Below, piece by piece: positions 9,805 to 19,665 of a stretch of 64,000 nt of DNA. A program made the position numbers and the translations under genes. The notes below the pieces were generated by a model. The model worked only from the letters and a program-made list of their open reading frames with translations. It was not told where the DNA came from and ran no database searches. Location: contig JBNGDF010000001.1 in NCBI GenBank assembly GCA_049975265.1, forward strand, positions 128,001 to 192,000, read 5' to 3'. This DNA is from Fidelibacterota bacterium. GTDB taxonomy: Bacteria > Fidelibacterota > UBA2242. How positions within the stretch are numbered: position 1 is the first letter of the stretch; each line of letters starts with the position of its first letter.

Positions 9805-11463
9805 CTATTTTGATTTTTCGATCTTCTTGAGCTGCTTTTCAGCCTTTTTGGCGCTCTTGGAATCTGGGTAATTGGTGACGATCAGATTAAGCGTTTCGAC
9901 GGTTTTATCATGATCGTTCAGTTTACTGCTGTAAATGTCGGCAGCTTTATCCAGGGCATTAACGATATTTTCGGCAGCGGGGTATTTATCATATAGTTTC
10001 ATATATTCAGCGATTGCAGATTCGTACTGTTTGTGTCTTGCGTATAGGTCTCCGGCAGCCATAATAGCTTGGTGAGCGTCCGGTGAGCCCGGAAAGCGGT
10101 CATCAACCGACAGGTAGGTGGCAATGGCATCCTGAATCAGATTCATTTGATCCGCCAGAATTACCGCCTTGCGCATGAGCGCATCGGTACTGAGATGGTC
10201 CTTTCCGGCTTCCATGAACAGATCGCCGGCAATTTGGTATTCGGTGGTCGCCTGCTCCCAGTTCTGCTTTTTAATATCGGCGATTTGGGCGATGCGATGA
10301 TGCGCATAAACGGCGAGAGTATCGTCAGGAAAAAGGTTTATAAAGCGGTAAAGGGTCTCGATGGCTTGATCGTATTCCTCGAATTCTTTTTCCTGCAGCC
10401 GGGCGGATTGATAAAGAGCGACAGCCATTTCCGGACTATTAGGATAAAAGATCATCAGCCGGTGGTAAGTGATAAAGGCGCTCTGCGGGCGCAGATTTTC
10501 GGCATAATATTGTGCCAGCCAGAGACAGATTTGCGGTGCATATTCAGAAAAGGGGTAAAGTTGCAGATAGGTCTGGGCTTCGTTCGGAAACATCGCCTTG
10601 ACAGCCGGGTCCGGAAAATCCTTGAGCAGTTCCACGAACCTGAAGTAGCGGGTTTCCACGTCGGGGTAAGCCGGCGTGGAGGCGACCACGTTCATTAAAA
10701 AGTCGGTATAGCTTTTGTATGTTTTTTCAGTCTGGAAAATCCCGGCGCGGATGGTCTTGATCTCCTCGGCTAAAGGGGATTCGGGATATAGAAAGATGAA
10801 TTTGATTATTGATCGTTCAGCGTTAGCCCAGTCCTGCTTGCGAATATAGATTTGGGTCAGAAAATCCTGTATGGAGTCACAGCGCGCAGCCGGGAAATAG
10901 GTATCGAGATATTGTTCCAGCTGGTTGACCTGAAACGGATGAATATCCTCGATATCGGTGGTCAGAATTAAAAAGCCTGACCTGGTTTTTTTCTCCTGAC
11001 GTTTGACAAATTTTTCATATTCAAAATACTTTTGCTCGCTTTCGGGATCGAATTGCGGTTCTCCAGTGGCAACGATTGCCGATGTTGTCGTTTGCCGGGC
11101 TTTTAAACTATCTTGCAAGGCACGGATGGTCTTTCTGTATTTGGTGATTTCCATGGAGTTCTGATTGAGAATATCGGTGATCTGAGTATTGAGAAGCGTC
11201 ACCAGCGAGTCTTTCTGTTCCATTAACTTTTCGTCATAGACCAGCGTCATTGAATCGATAATAAACTGCCGTAGCGTCTGAATGTCACCGACAGCCTCCT
11301 CCTCAACGGCTTGTTGAAATTCATACTCCTGTCGCCCGGCGAGAGTATCAACGAGACTATCTAGAGAGTCGGTCTGAGCCCTCAGGCAGATGGAAGCAAT
11401 CATAACGATCAGGACCGGTAAAAGCAACCGGTCCGCAGGGGAACAAAGGAATGATTTATTCAT
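9805..11463 (-). CDS. Exported coiled-coil + TPR protein (CpoB/BamD-like repeats)
   Basis: Signal peptide, heptad-rich N-region, and many helix pairs ending YP.S/FP.S. Confidence 0.75.
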   Translation of the reverse strand: MNKSFLCSPADRLLLPVLIVMIASICLRAQTDSLDSLVDTLAGRQEYEFQQAVEEEAVGDIQTLRQFIIDSMTLVYDEKLMEQKDSLVTLLNTQITDILNQNSMEITKYRKTIRALQDSLKARQTTTSAIVATGEPQFDPESEQKYFEYEKFVKRQEKKTRSGFLILTTDIEDIHPFQVNQLEQYLDTYFPAARCDSIQDFLTQIYIRKQDWANAERSIIKFIFLYPESPLAEEIKTIRAGIFQTEKTYKSYTDFLMNVVASTPAYPDVETRYFRFVELLKDFPDPAVKAMFPNEAQTYLQLYPFSEYAPQICLWLAQYYAENLRPQSAFITYHRLMIFYPNSPEMAVALYQSARLQEKEFEEYDQAIETLYRFINLFPDDTLAVYAHHRIAQIADIKKQNWEQATTEYQIAGDLFMEAGKDHLSTDALMRKAVILADQMNLIQDAIATYLSVDDRFPGSPDAHQAIMAAGDLYARHKQYESAIAEYMKLYDKYPAAENIVNALDKAADIYSSKLNDHDKTVETLNLIVTNYPDSKSAKKAEKQLKKIEKSK

Positions 11464-11703
11464 ATGGTAACCTCATGTAGCTTGTTTTCCCTTTATAATA
11501 AGCAATTTAAAAGATATTTTATAAAAGTTTGTCGTTTTTCCAAAAAAAATCAATGCCTCTGGAAAAAATTCGGCTCGTTTTTGGTGTTTTCGGGCGATGA
11601 TTCGGTTCATTATTAATAAAATTAAGAAAAATTTGATAAAAAACTTTATCTTTAAAAATCTTATTTGCAACTTTAGGTATGGATCGTTTCAAGGAGGATT
11701 AGT

Positions 11704-12630
11704 ATGTACCGGTTTCCCAAGCCGCTGTCTAACGGGGCAACCATAGGGGTCATCGCGCCGGCCAGTGCGGCTAACCGGAGACAGACCCGTGAAGGTCTGG
11801 AATATTTGGAACGCCGGGGATTTACGGTAAAAACGGCGCCCAATCTGACACGCGGCCGGTTTTACCTGGCGGGAGCTGACACCGGACGGGTGAAATGGCT
11901 TGAAGAGTTTATCCGGGACCCGGAAATTGAGGCGATAATCTGTGTGCGGGGCGGCTATGGAATACTCAGGATTATCGACAGAATCGACTATCGGAAACTG
12001 GCGAAAGTGCCTCCCAAGATGATTATCGGCTATTCCGATGTTACCGCATTACAACTGGCATTCCTGCGGAAGCTCGGCTGGATTGGTTACAGCGGACCGA
12101 TGGTCGCTTCGGATATGAACGGTGAGTTTGACACCTATTCCGAAGAGTGGTTATGGAAGGTTGTTATGGCGCATCCCTATCCGCTGAAACTTGAAAATCC
12201 CATAGGCGAAGAGATTAAAATATACCGGCAGGGTTCGGCAGAGGGAACTCTGATTGGTGGCTGTCTATCGCTGATTACGCCGCTTTTGGGAACCGGGTAC
12301 ATGCCCGATCTGAAAGGTGCGGTGCTGGTGATTGAAGATATCGGTGAAAAGACCTATCATCTGGATAAACATCTGCATATGTTGCGGCTTCACGGGGTAT
12401 TTGATAAAATCGGCGGTCTGATTCTGGGGCATTTTGTCAACTGCTTTCCCAAAAATCCGCAGCGCTCCTTTACAATGGGAGAGTTGCTGGGTGATATTCT
12501 CAAAGATTACGATTTTCCGGTCCTGACCCATTTTGCCTATGGTCATATAAAAAAACGCCTGACTTTGCCCCTGGGCGCCCGGGTGCGGTTGAATACGAAT
12601 CCGGTGGAGATTGAAATTACTGGAAATTGA
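11704..12630 (+). CDS. ldcA: LD-carboxypeptidase (peptidase S66)
   Basis: RGGYG, IGYSDVT (Ser), IEDIGE (Glu) and YGH (His); SD AAGGAGG upstream. Confidence 0.92.
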   Translation: MYRFPKPLSNGATIGVIAPASAANRRQTREGLEYLERRGFTVKTAPNLTRGRFYLAGADTGRVKWLEEFIRDPEIEAIICVRGGYGILRIIDRIDYRKLAKVPPKMIIGYSDVTALQLAFLRKLGWIGYSGPMVASDMNGEFDTYSEEWLWKVVMAHPYPLKLENPIGEEIKIYRQGSAEGTLIGGCLSLITPLLGTGYMPDLKGAVLVIEDIGEKTYHLDKHLHMLRLHGVFDKIGGLILGHFVNCFPKNPQRSFTMGELLGDILKDYDFPVLTHFAYGHIKKRLTLPLGARVRLNTNPVEIEITGN

Positions 12631-12716
12631 TATAGCGATTGTCGCCTTTGTGAGTATAGCTGGCAAAGGTACGATAAACCAAGAGAGATTGATTATTTTA
12701 AAGATGGTGTAACAGT

Positions 12717-12932
12717 ATGAAGAAAAATGTGGATATCATTATAAATGAAGACTGGTGTAAAAGCTGTGAGATTTGCGTCACTTTTTGTCCGAAAAAGGTT
12801 TTTGACATGGGTCGTTTTTATCCCATAGTAGCCAGACCGGAAGACTGCATCAATTGCAAATTATGCGAAATGTTATGTCCGGATTTTGCGATTCAGGTGA
12901 TTGCGACCGATGATAAGGATAAGAATAAGTAA
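12717..12932 (+). CDS. korD: 2x[4Fe-4S] ferredoxin, delta subunit of 2-oxoacid:ferredoxin oxidoreductase
   Basis: CKSCEICVTFCP and CINCKLCEMLCP; first gene of the kor cluster. Confidence 0.9.
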   Translation: MKKNVDIIINEDWCKSCEICVTFCPKKVFDMGRFYPIVARPEDCINCKLCEMLCPDFAIQVIATDDKDKNK

Positions 12933-12946
12933 GCAACGGAGATTCT

Positions 12947-14095
12947 TTGGAAACACCAAATCCCAATATCAAGATGTGGCAGGGCAATGTCGCCTGTGCC
13001 GAGGGTGCTCTGGCGGCGGGATGTCGTTTTTTTGCAGGTTATCCCATTACTCCCTCGTCTGAGATTGCCGAGGTGCTGGCGCTGCGTCTGCCACAAATGG
13101 GTGGCAACTTTATTCAGATGGAAGATGAGATTGCTGCAATGGGGGCAACCATCGGCGCATCTCTGGGGGGCGTAAAAGCCATGACCGCCACCAGCGGTCC
13201 GGGATTTTCGCTGAAGCAGGAAAATATCGGTTTCGCGGCGATGGCTGAGATCCCCTGCGTGGTGGTGAATGTCCAGCGCGGTGGACCCAGCACCGGACTA
13301 CCGACGCACACCTCTCAGGGAGATGTCATGCAGGCTCGCTGGGGAACTCATGGTGATCACCCCATCATTGTGCTGGCACCCTGCTCTGTGCGGGAAACCT
13401 ACGATATGACGGTGAGAGCCTTCAATCTGGCGGAAAAGTACCGCACGCCGGTTATTCTCCTGTCGGATGAAATTGTCGGGCATTTGACAGAAAAGGTCGA
13501 GATTCCGCCTATTGAGTCGCTGGGACTGATAGATCGCAAAAAGCCCGTGGTACCACCCGATCAGTACAAACCCTATGAAATGGATGCGAGTGACATTCCG
13601 CCGATGGCAAATTTCGGCGAGGGGTACCGCTATCATGTAACCGGTCTGGCTCATGATGAGACCGGATTTCCGACCAACGATCCGGAAAAAATCCAGGCAC
13701 AGCTGGAGCGCCTGAACCGGAAAATCGACCGCTACCGGGACCAAATCGTTGAGGTGGAGACCCAGTTTACCGAGGACGCCGAAATATTGGTGATATCCTT
13801 TGGCTCTACCGCCCGATCGGCTCGTCGGGCGGTGATAAACGCCAGAGAACAGAATGTTAGAGCCGGCTTCCTGCGCCTGAAAACGATCTGGCCCTTTCCC
13901 GGCGCAGAGATCGAAGCCATCGGATGTTCGGAGCAGGTGCAACGGATTATTGTTCCTGAAATGAATCTCGGTCAGCTGGCGCATGAGGTCGAATGGGCTG
14001 TACGCCGCTCAAGACCGGTAGTGCGGATCAATAAGATCAACGGCGAGCCGATCGCGCCCAGTGAAATTTTGAATACCATAATGGAGCAAAAATAA
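12947..14095 (+). CDS. korA: 2-oxoacid (2-oxoglutarate-type):ferredoxin oxidoreductase alpha subunit
   Basis: GYPITPSSE, QMEDEIA, TATSGPG and QRGGPSTGLPT. Confidence 0.92.
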   Translation: METPNPNIKMWQGNVACAEGALAAGCRFFAGYPITPSSEIAEVLALRLPQMGGNFIQMEDEIAAMGATIGASLGGVKAMTATSGPGFSLKQENIGFAAMAEIPCVVVNVQRGGPSTGLPTHTSQGDVMQARWGTHGDHPIIVLAPCSVRETYDMTVRAFNLAEKYRTPVILLSDEIVGHLTEKVEIPPIESLGLIDRKKPVVPPDQYKPYEMDASDIPPMANFGEGYRYHVTGLAHDETGFPTNDPEKIQAQLERLNRKIDRYRDQIVEVETQFTEDAEILVISFGSTARSARRAVINAREQNVRAGFLRLKTIWPFPGAEIEAIGCSEQVQRIIVPEMNLGQLAHEVEWAVRRSRPVVRINKINGEPIAPSEILNTIMEQK

Positions 14096-14097
14096 CG

Positions 14098-14910
14098 ATG
14101 GATTATCTATACTATTTACGCCGGGATAAAATGCCCCATATCTGGTGTGATGGATGTGGGCACGGTATCATTTTGAAGTCCATTCTGAGGTGCATTGACA
14201 AAATGGGCTGGGACAAAAACGATATCGCTCTGGTTTCTGGGATCGGTTGTTCCAGCCGGACGCCGGGCTATGTGGATTTTAACACCCTGCATACAACCCA
14301 CGGTCGGGCGCTGGCGTTTGCCACGGGATTGAAAATTGCCAAACCGAACCTGCATGTAATTGTCGTCAGCGGCGACGGTGATGCAACAGCTATCGGTGGC
14401 AATCACTTCATTCATGCCGCCCGGCGGAATATTGATATCACTATGATCATCTATAACAACTATATCTACGGTATGACCGGCGGACAGGTATCCCCGACGA
14501 CACCTGCCCACAAGAAAGCCACAACGGCACCCTACGGCAATCCCGATGAGCCTTTTGATATCAGCCGGCTGGCGCAGTCGGCCGGCGCCATCTATGTCGC
14601 CCGCTCTACCGTTTTTCATGTAGCCAGGATGGACAAATACATTGAGAGCGCTTTGAATAGAACCGGTTTTTCTGTGGTGGAGATACTGACACCCTGCCCA
14701 ACGTCCTACGGACGGCGCAATAAGGAGGGGCGTGGCGTTGATATGCTGATGTATCAAAAAAGCAACAGCATCGGAATCGAGAGAGCAAAAAATATGTCTG
14801 CAGAAGAGCTGGTCGGGAAAATCGTTACGGGTGTATTTGCAGATAAAGGGCAGGAAAGTTATCTTAATCGATACAACGAGGTCATTGAAAAAGCCCGTAA
14901 GGGGACATAA
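14098..14910 (+). CDS. korB: 2-oxoacid:ferredoxin oxidoreductase beta subunit (TPP-binding)
   Basis: WCDGCG, GIGCS, GDGD...NN TPP motif and YGMTGGQ. Confidence 0.93.
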   Translation: MDYLYYLRRDKMPHIWCDGCGHGIILKSILRCIDKMGWDKNDIALVSGIGCSSRTPGYVDFNTLHTTHGRALAFATGLKIAKPNLHVIVVSGDGDATAIGGNHFIHAARRNIDITMIIYNNYIYGMTGGQVSPTTPAHKKATTAPYGNPDEPFDISRLAQSAGAIYVARSTVFHVARMDKYIESALNRTGFSVVEILTPCPTSYGRRNKEGRGVDMLMYQKSNSIGIERAKNMSAEELVGKIVTGVFADKGQESYLNRYNEVIEKARKGT

Positions 14911-14924
14911 TACAAGGAGACTGT

Positions 14925-15494
14925 ATGGCTTTTCGCTATGAAATACGATTGAGTGGTTCCGGCGGGCAGGGCCTGATTCTGGTGGGTAAGGTTCTGGCGG
15001 AAGCGGCGGCGATTTACGATGGACTGAATGCGACCCAGAGTCAGTCCTACGGACCGGAAGCCCGGGGGGGTGCCAGTCGCTCCGAGGTGATCATTTCCGA
15101 TGGCGATATCGATTATCCCAAAGCGGAGAACATCGATATTTTGCTGGCATTGACCCAGGAAGCCTGCGATAAGTATATTACGGATCTCAAAGGAAGTGGC
15201 ATCTTAATTGTCGATTCGCAAATGGTGACAAAGATTCCGGAAGGTGACTTTCGGGTGGTGGCGGTGCCGATTATTCAGTCGGCGGTGGAACGGCTTGGTA
15301 ATTTTCTGGTTTCCAATATTATCGCATTGGGGATTATCATCAAATTGTCCGGGATCGTTTCGGAGGATTCCGCCAAACATGCCATCCGCTCACGGGTTCC
15401 AAAGGGAACCGAGGAGGTTAATATCAAAGCCTTCTACGCCGGGGTTGAACTGGCGCAGAAATGGCTGGAACAGCACGGACCGCTGAAAGCGTAA
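14925..15494 (+). CDS. korC: 2-oxoacid:ferredoxin oxidoreductase gamma subunit
   Basis: GSGGQG and SYGPEARGGAS. Confidence 0.93.
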   Translation: MAFRYEIRLSGSGGQGLILVGKVLAEAAAIYDGLNATQSQSYGPEARGGASRSEVIISDGDIDYPKAENIDILLALTQEACDKYITDLKGSGILIVDSQMVTKIPEGDFRVVAVPIIQSAVERLGNFLVSNIIALGIIIKLSGIVSEDSAKHAIRSRVPKGTEEVNIKAFYAGVELAQKWLEQHGPLKA

Positions 15495-15504
15495 TCAGAC
15501 CGTT

Positions 15505-18486
15505 GTGATTCACACAGTCGACTTTTCCACGATTGATCTCTTTGGACGTGTCAGCGCCCTGGGAAATCACCATAATAAATATCTGTTAAATATTGAGAAA
15601 AATTTTGATGCCCTGGTCTCGCTGATTGATGCCAAGCATCTTTTTGACCAGTTCCGTCTGCTTCGATTTTCGTCGCAGCCGGCGCGGGAGATGCGCCTAA
15701 TTAAGGATTTTATCAAGGACCGTGAGACATTGCTGGAAATGCTGGGATGTTATTACTCGCTTCAATTTCTGCTGATGAATATCAAGGCGCTGGATGTACT
15801 TCAGATGAATCTCTCGAAGCCCACCGACCGGTACGAAAATTTTCAGTGGTTTTTGATGCGCACCGGCTCCGATTTCCGACTGCTCAGTGGAGCCTATATG
15901 GAAATTCTGCTGGATATTTTTCTGCCGGAAACGTCACGTCCCGACTTTGTGGTCTGCTGCGTGGGTACACGGGTTGATCAGGACGATATCGATTTGGGGG
16001 TGATTGACCGGGGCACCAGAGACCGGCGCATTATTACAAAAGCCTTTGGTCTGCTGAACCGGGAGATGTTGAAAAATGCCAGCGCGCTGCATTTTCATCT
16101 CTCCGAACATGTCGGTAAAAGCGGCTATTCGGCATCCATTGCAGAGTATCATGACCTGCTGGATCATGAGATACAGGATTTCGTCATATTGAGCGAGATG
16201 CTGAATGCTGTGCCGATTCTCGGTCAACGGGCGCTTTTTCACCAGTTCAAAACCGAGATTCTGGACCGTTATTACTATCACCCGGCGAATGATAATAAAT
16301 ACCACGAGGGTTGTCTGCGGGGTTTACTGGGGGAAATCCGGGACCTGATCATGAAGGAAGCTCCGGAAAACATCCTGATTCCCAAGCGGGATGCGCTGCG
16401 GATGCTGAAGGCGACCCTGTTTGCCATGAAGACCTGGAAAGGGATTGATCGCAATACTACTCTGGAGGTTCTGGACGTTCTGCTGAAAACCGATCTCTCC
16501 AACCGGGACGACTATCTGCGGATTCATCGCGCCCTGACCTTTTTTGAGACCTTCCGGTTTCTATATCATCTGATTGTTGTGCAGGAAGAGGAGATATATC
16601 TGGAAGATGCCAACATGTCCGACAATCTGCAGAAGGTGGCTTTGGCGATGGGCTACGAAGACAAAAGCTATGCGCCGGCATATACACAGATGCTGATTCA
16701 TTATCAGGATTTACAGGAGACCGCCCGGCGCGGTGCCGAACGTCTCATCGGGCAGATCAACAAACACTTACAAAATATCACGATATTTAATTCGATTACC
16801 GGTGTGGCGGATAAAACGGTGCATGCGGAATCGGGAGAGCGGATTAATATTGCCAAGGAATTTATCAGACAGTCCACCTTTTTCCGTGGAATCCGTTTCT
16901 GGGACGATGTGTTTACCCGGCTGGACAGCGAGGATGAAATTCTACTGAATATGTTTATCAGCGATTTTATCAATCTGCCGGGTGAACAGATGATTTCCCT
17001 GCTCAAAACCTATGTACGCTGGGGGCGGACGTCGCCTTACTCGCTGATTTCGCTGATAACAATTCTGGCAAAACACCGACCGGCATTGGCGGAGTCAAAT
17101 TTTATCCGCTGTTTTTTGGATGAATTCATTAACGATCTTCAGGGTACCTATGAAAATATCAGCCGCTTGTGTCACATTCTGAATTTTGCTCCCCGGATGA
17201 TGAACAATTTTCTGGCATTGCTGAACGAAGATCATCTGACGCGTCTGATCGGAATTGTTGACCAGCCTTTGTGGCGTCCCGATATTCAGATGTTACAGGA
17301 TAATCTGCTGATCATGTGCCGCCTTTACAGAGACAGCAGTTACTATTTTCAGCGTTTTGTACAGCGGGTGTTTAATTCCTATGCGGACTATATTTCCACT
17401 TTGAGAAATGAGCCAAAATTTGCCCAGATTGCGGACGGTCTGCTGCGCAATCTGGATAATTTTGATACAATTTCGGAGCGAATCGAAAAGCTGGGCGACT
17501 ACTATGATTTTGAGTTTTTACGGCTCGGCATCAAGATGATTTCCGGCGGATCCTTTGAGACGGTAAACCAGCAGTTCACAATTTTTTCGGACAATTTTAT
17601 CCAGATTCTGTTTGATCTGTGCCGGGAAGAGATTGCCAGGGAGATGGATGATGAAATTTTGGAGACCCGCGACCTGCTGGCGGTTTTTGCCGCGGGCGGA
17701 CATGCCCGCAGTCAGTCATTTGACGACGATTATGATTTGATCATATTATTGAATTCCGACGATGAGAAGATGCTGCAATACGCCAACCGGATTATTCTGA
17801 AAATGAATAAGCATATTATTCGCCGTTCCATTATGACGCACTACCGCTTTGCCGACCGGTTTAAGAATTACGTTACCACGTTTCAGAATCTTAAGGACTT
17901 CTTCCGTCATCCCGATGAAAGTGCCTTTATTGATATGTCGCAGTTGCTCGGCTCCCGAATGATCGTGGGCAGCGCTCATTTCAAGGATGCCTTTGAGAAG
18001 GAGATTGTCATTCCCTTCATTTTTAACCGGAAAGCGGAGTTCACAAAATCGCTAAAAGCCGAAATCGATTCACGGCAAACATACCGCCTGACATCCGAAG
18101 AGATCGATATCAAAGAGTGTCCCGGGGGTCTGCGGGATATGGAAAATTTTCTGTTTATTCTCAAAGCCCATTTCTCCATCGTCAGACCGATATCGGAGAA
18201 GCTGTTCAAACAGCTGTTCCAGTTATTACCCAACCATGAGATTGAAATAGATACTCTTCGTCAGAATTATTTCCTGCTGAAACATATTCGCGACCTCTAT
18301 CACCTGATGGTCTCTGATAACGATGAGCTGCAGACCGACTATCTTGCAAACATAATTCCGCCGCTGAATCAATCGCGGAAACTGAATCTGGCGAGTGTTG
18401 ATCAGCTGCGGAAAATGATCGAATCACTGCTGCAGGAGAACGTGGAGCTGATCGCTCAATTATTGGAGCTGGTGGAATCCAACTGA
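15505..18486 (+). CDS. Divergent GlnE-like protein with two nucleotidyltransferase + helical modules
   Basis: Two Pol-beta-type sites (VGTRVDQDDIDL; AGGHARSQSFDDDYDL), each followed by a helical region (PKRDALR; DIKECPGGLRDMEN). Confidence 0.65.
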   Translation: MIHTVDFSTIDLFGRVSALGNHHNKYLLNIEKNFDALVSLIDAKHLFDQFRLLRFSSQPAREMRLIKDFIKDRETLLEMLGCYYSLQFLLMNIKALDVLQMNLSKPTDRYENFQWFLMRTGSDFRLLSGAYMEILLDIFLPETSRPDFVVCCVGTRVDQDDIDLGVIDRGTRDRRIITKAFGLLNREMLKNASALHFHLSEHVGKSGYSASIAEYHDLLDHEIQDFVILSEMLNAVPILGQRALFHQFKTEILDRYYYHPANDNKYHEGCLRGLLGEIRDLIMKEAPENILIPKRDALRMLKATLFAMKTWKGIDRNTTLEVLDVLLKTDLSNRDDYLRIHRALTFFETFRFLYHLIVVQEEEIYLEDANMSDNLQKVALAMGYEDKSYAPAYTQMLIHYQDLQETARRGAERLIGQINKHLQNITIFNSITGVADKTVHAESGERINIAKEFIRQSTFFRGIRFWDDVFTRLDSEDEILLNMFISDFINLPGEQMISLLKTYVRWGRTSPYSLISLITILAKHRPALAESNFIRCFLDEFINDLQGTYENISRLCHILNFAPRMMNNFLALLNEDHLTRLIGIVDQPLWRPDIQMLQDNLLIMCRLYRDSSYYFQRFVQRVFNSYADYISTLRNEPKFAQIADGLLRNLDNFDTISERIEKLGDYYDFEFLRLGIKMISGGSFETVNQQFTIFSDNFIQILFDLCREEIAREMDDEILETRDLLAVFAAGGHARSQSFDDDYDLIILLNSDDEKMLQYANRIILKMNKHIIRRSIMTHYRFADRFKNYVTTFQNLKDFFRHPDESAFIDMSQLLGSRMIVGSAHFKDAFEKEIVIPFIFNRKAEFTKSLKAEIDSRQTYRLTSEEIDIKECPGGLRDMENFLFILKAHFSIVRPISEKLFKQLFQLLPNHEIEIDTLRQNYFLLKHIRDLYHLMVSDNDELQTDYLANIIPPLNQSRKLNLASVDQLRKMIESLLQENVELIAQLLELVESN

Positions 18487-18491
18487 TCGAA

Positions 18492-19640
18492 TCAATCTCC
18501 GAGTTTGGAGAGCGCTTTGCGGGCGGATTTTAGGGCGATGGAGATCATTCTGTCCTGAAATTCTGCCACCTCTGCCGGTTTCGGCTGGATCTTTTCCCAT
18601 CGTCTGAGTTGCCGTGCGGTGACACGGAATATCCGGTTTTGTGCCCGGTCCAGAATTCGGCGGAGGCTCTGATATTTGCCCATGTCAATACGGGTCTCGT
18701 CAACATAGATGGTGTTTTTAATGTCTCTGAAGACCGAATTTAAGAGCGCGCTGTCCATTCCGCTCAGTGCATCGGGTATCCGCTCTGCCCGGACCCACAG
18801 TGGAACGGCAATGGCAGCAGCCGGTTCGCCCAAGGTACACCAGAAGGTCGTCATTTCCGGACTATTATCGGCAGTGCCGTCAAAGATAGCCGCGGATACG
18901 GTTCGATGGCGGTTGATGGTATTACGGGTCTCCCGCAGCCGGGGCTGATGGGGGTCCAGTAAGGAATCGGGCAGAGTCATGTCCCGGGAGACGGTCGTGA
19001 TCAGGTAGCGGTGGTCGAGCTGCCCTTTTTGAATGGCATCGGCAATAAGCGATTTTGCCTGGTTATAGCGGATTCTGCCATAGCCTTCGGAGGAACGGGC
19101 ATTGTGGGCGAAATTGGCACGTACCAGATAACCCGGTGGATCGGCATCAAACCGAAAGTATTCGTGATTGCCTGTTTCGAAGAAAGCGGCGCTTCCCAGT
19201 GCATCAATGACACCAAAATTGCTGGTGACCTTGCGTCCCGATGAATTACTTCTGCGGAGCATCTCCTCGAAATCATCGATAGTCCGGCAGTGCCGGAGGG
19301 CGGCTTTCATCCAGATGCCCTCATCGTCGTAGCCGGTGTTTTCGTCGGGGCGTGCCAGATCGCGGGATTCGGCATTCATGATGGCAAAGCCGAAATTGTT
19401 CACTCCCGCCCAGACCTGGCTTGTATCGCCGGCATTGATCAGTCCCAGATAGTGCATGGAATTATCATTGAAAAAGACAATCGCATTTTGTTCAAAACCG
19501 GAATCCCGGTTTTTCCAGAGTAAAACGTGGTTGCTTTTGGTGGCATTTGGTCCGGCAAGTCCGGTGGTACAAGCGAAGGTAGCCGGTATGGAGCCGGAAA
19601 TGCTTATCGAGATGGCGAGAATGATGAGCCTTGTTTTCAT
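18492..19640 (-). CDS. Exported Ntn-hydrolase (C45/C69-like)
   Basis: Signal peptide ending TFA, followed by nucleophile CT and LLWKNRD. Confidence 0.75.
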   Translation of the reverse strand: MKTRLIILAISISISGSIPATFACTTGLAGPNATKSNHVLLWKNRDSGFEQNAIVFFNDNSMHYLGLINAGDTSQVWAGVNNFGFAIMNAESRDLARPDENTGYDDEGIWMKAALRHCRTIDDFEEMLRRSNSSGRKVTSNFGVIDALGSAAFFETGNHEYFRFDADPPGYLVRANFAHNARSSEGYGRIRYNQAKSLIADAIQKGQLDHRYLITTVSRDMTLPDSLLDPHQPRLRETRNTINRHRTVSAAIFDGTADNSPEMTTFWCTLGEPAAAIAVPLWVRAERIPDALSGMDSALLNSVFRDIKNTIYVDETRIDMGKYQSLRRILDRAQNRIFRVTARQLRRWEKIQPKPAEVAEFQDRMISIALKSARKALSKLGD

Positions 19641-19665
19641 TACTGGTTACCTTTTAAATGTGGAA

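Noticed and set aside
11473..11670. 65-aa ORF in the AT-rich intergenic region
   Set aside because: Low-complexity K/I/F composition typical of divergent promoter DNA.
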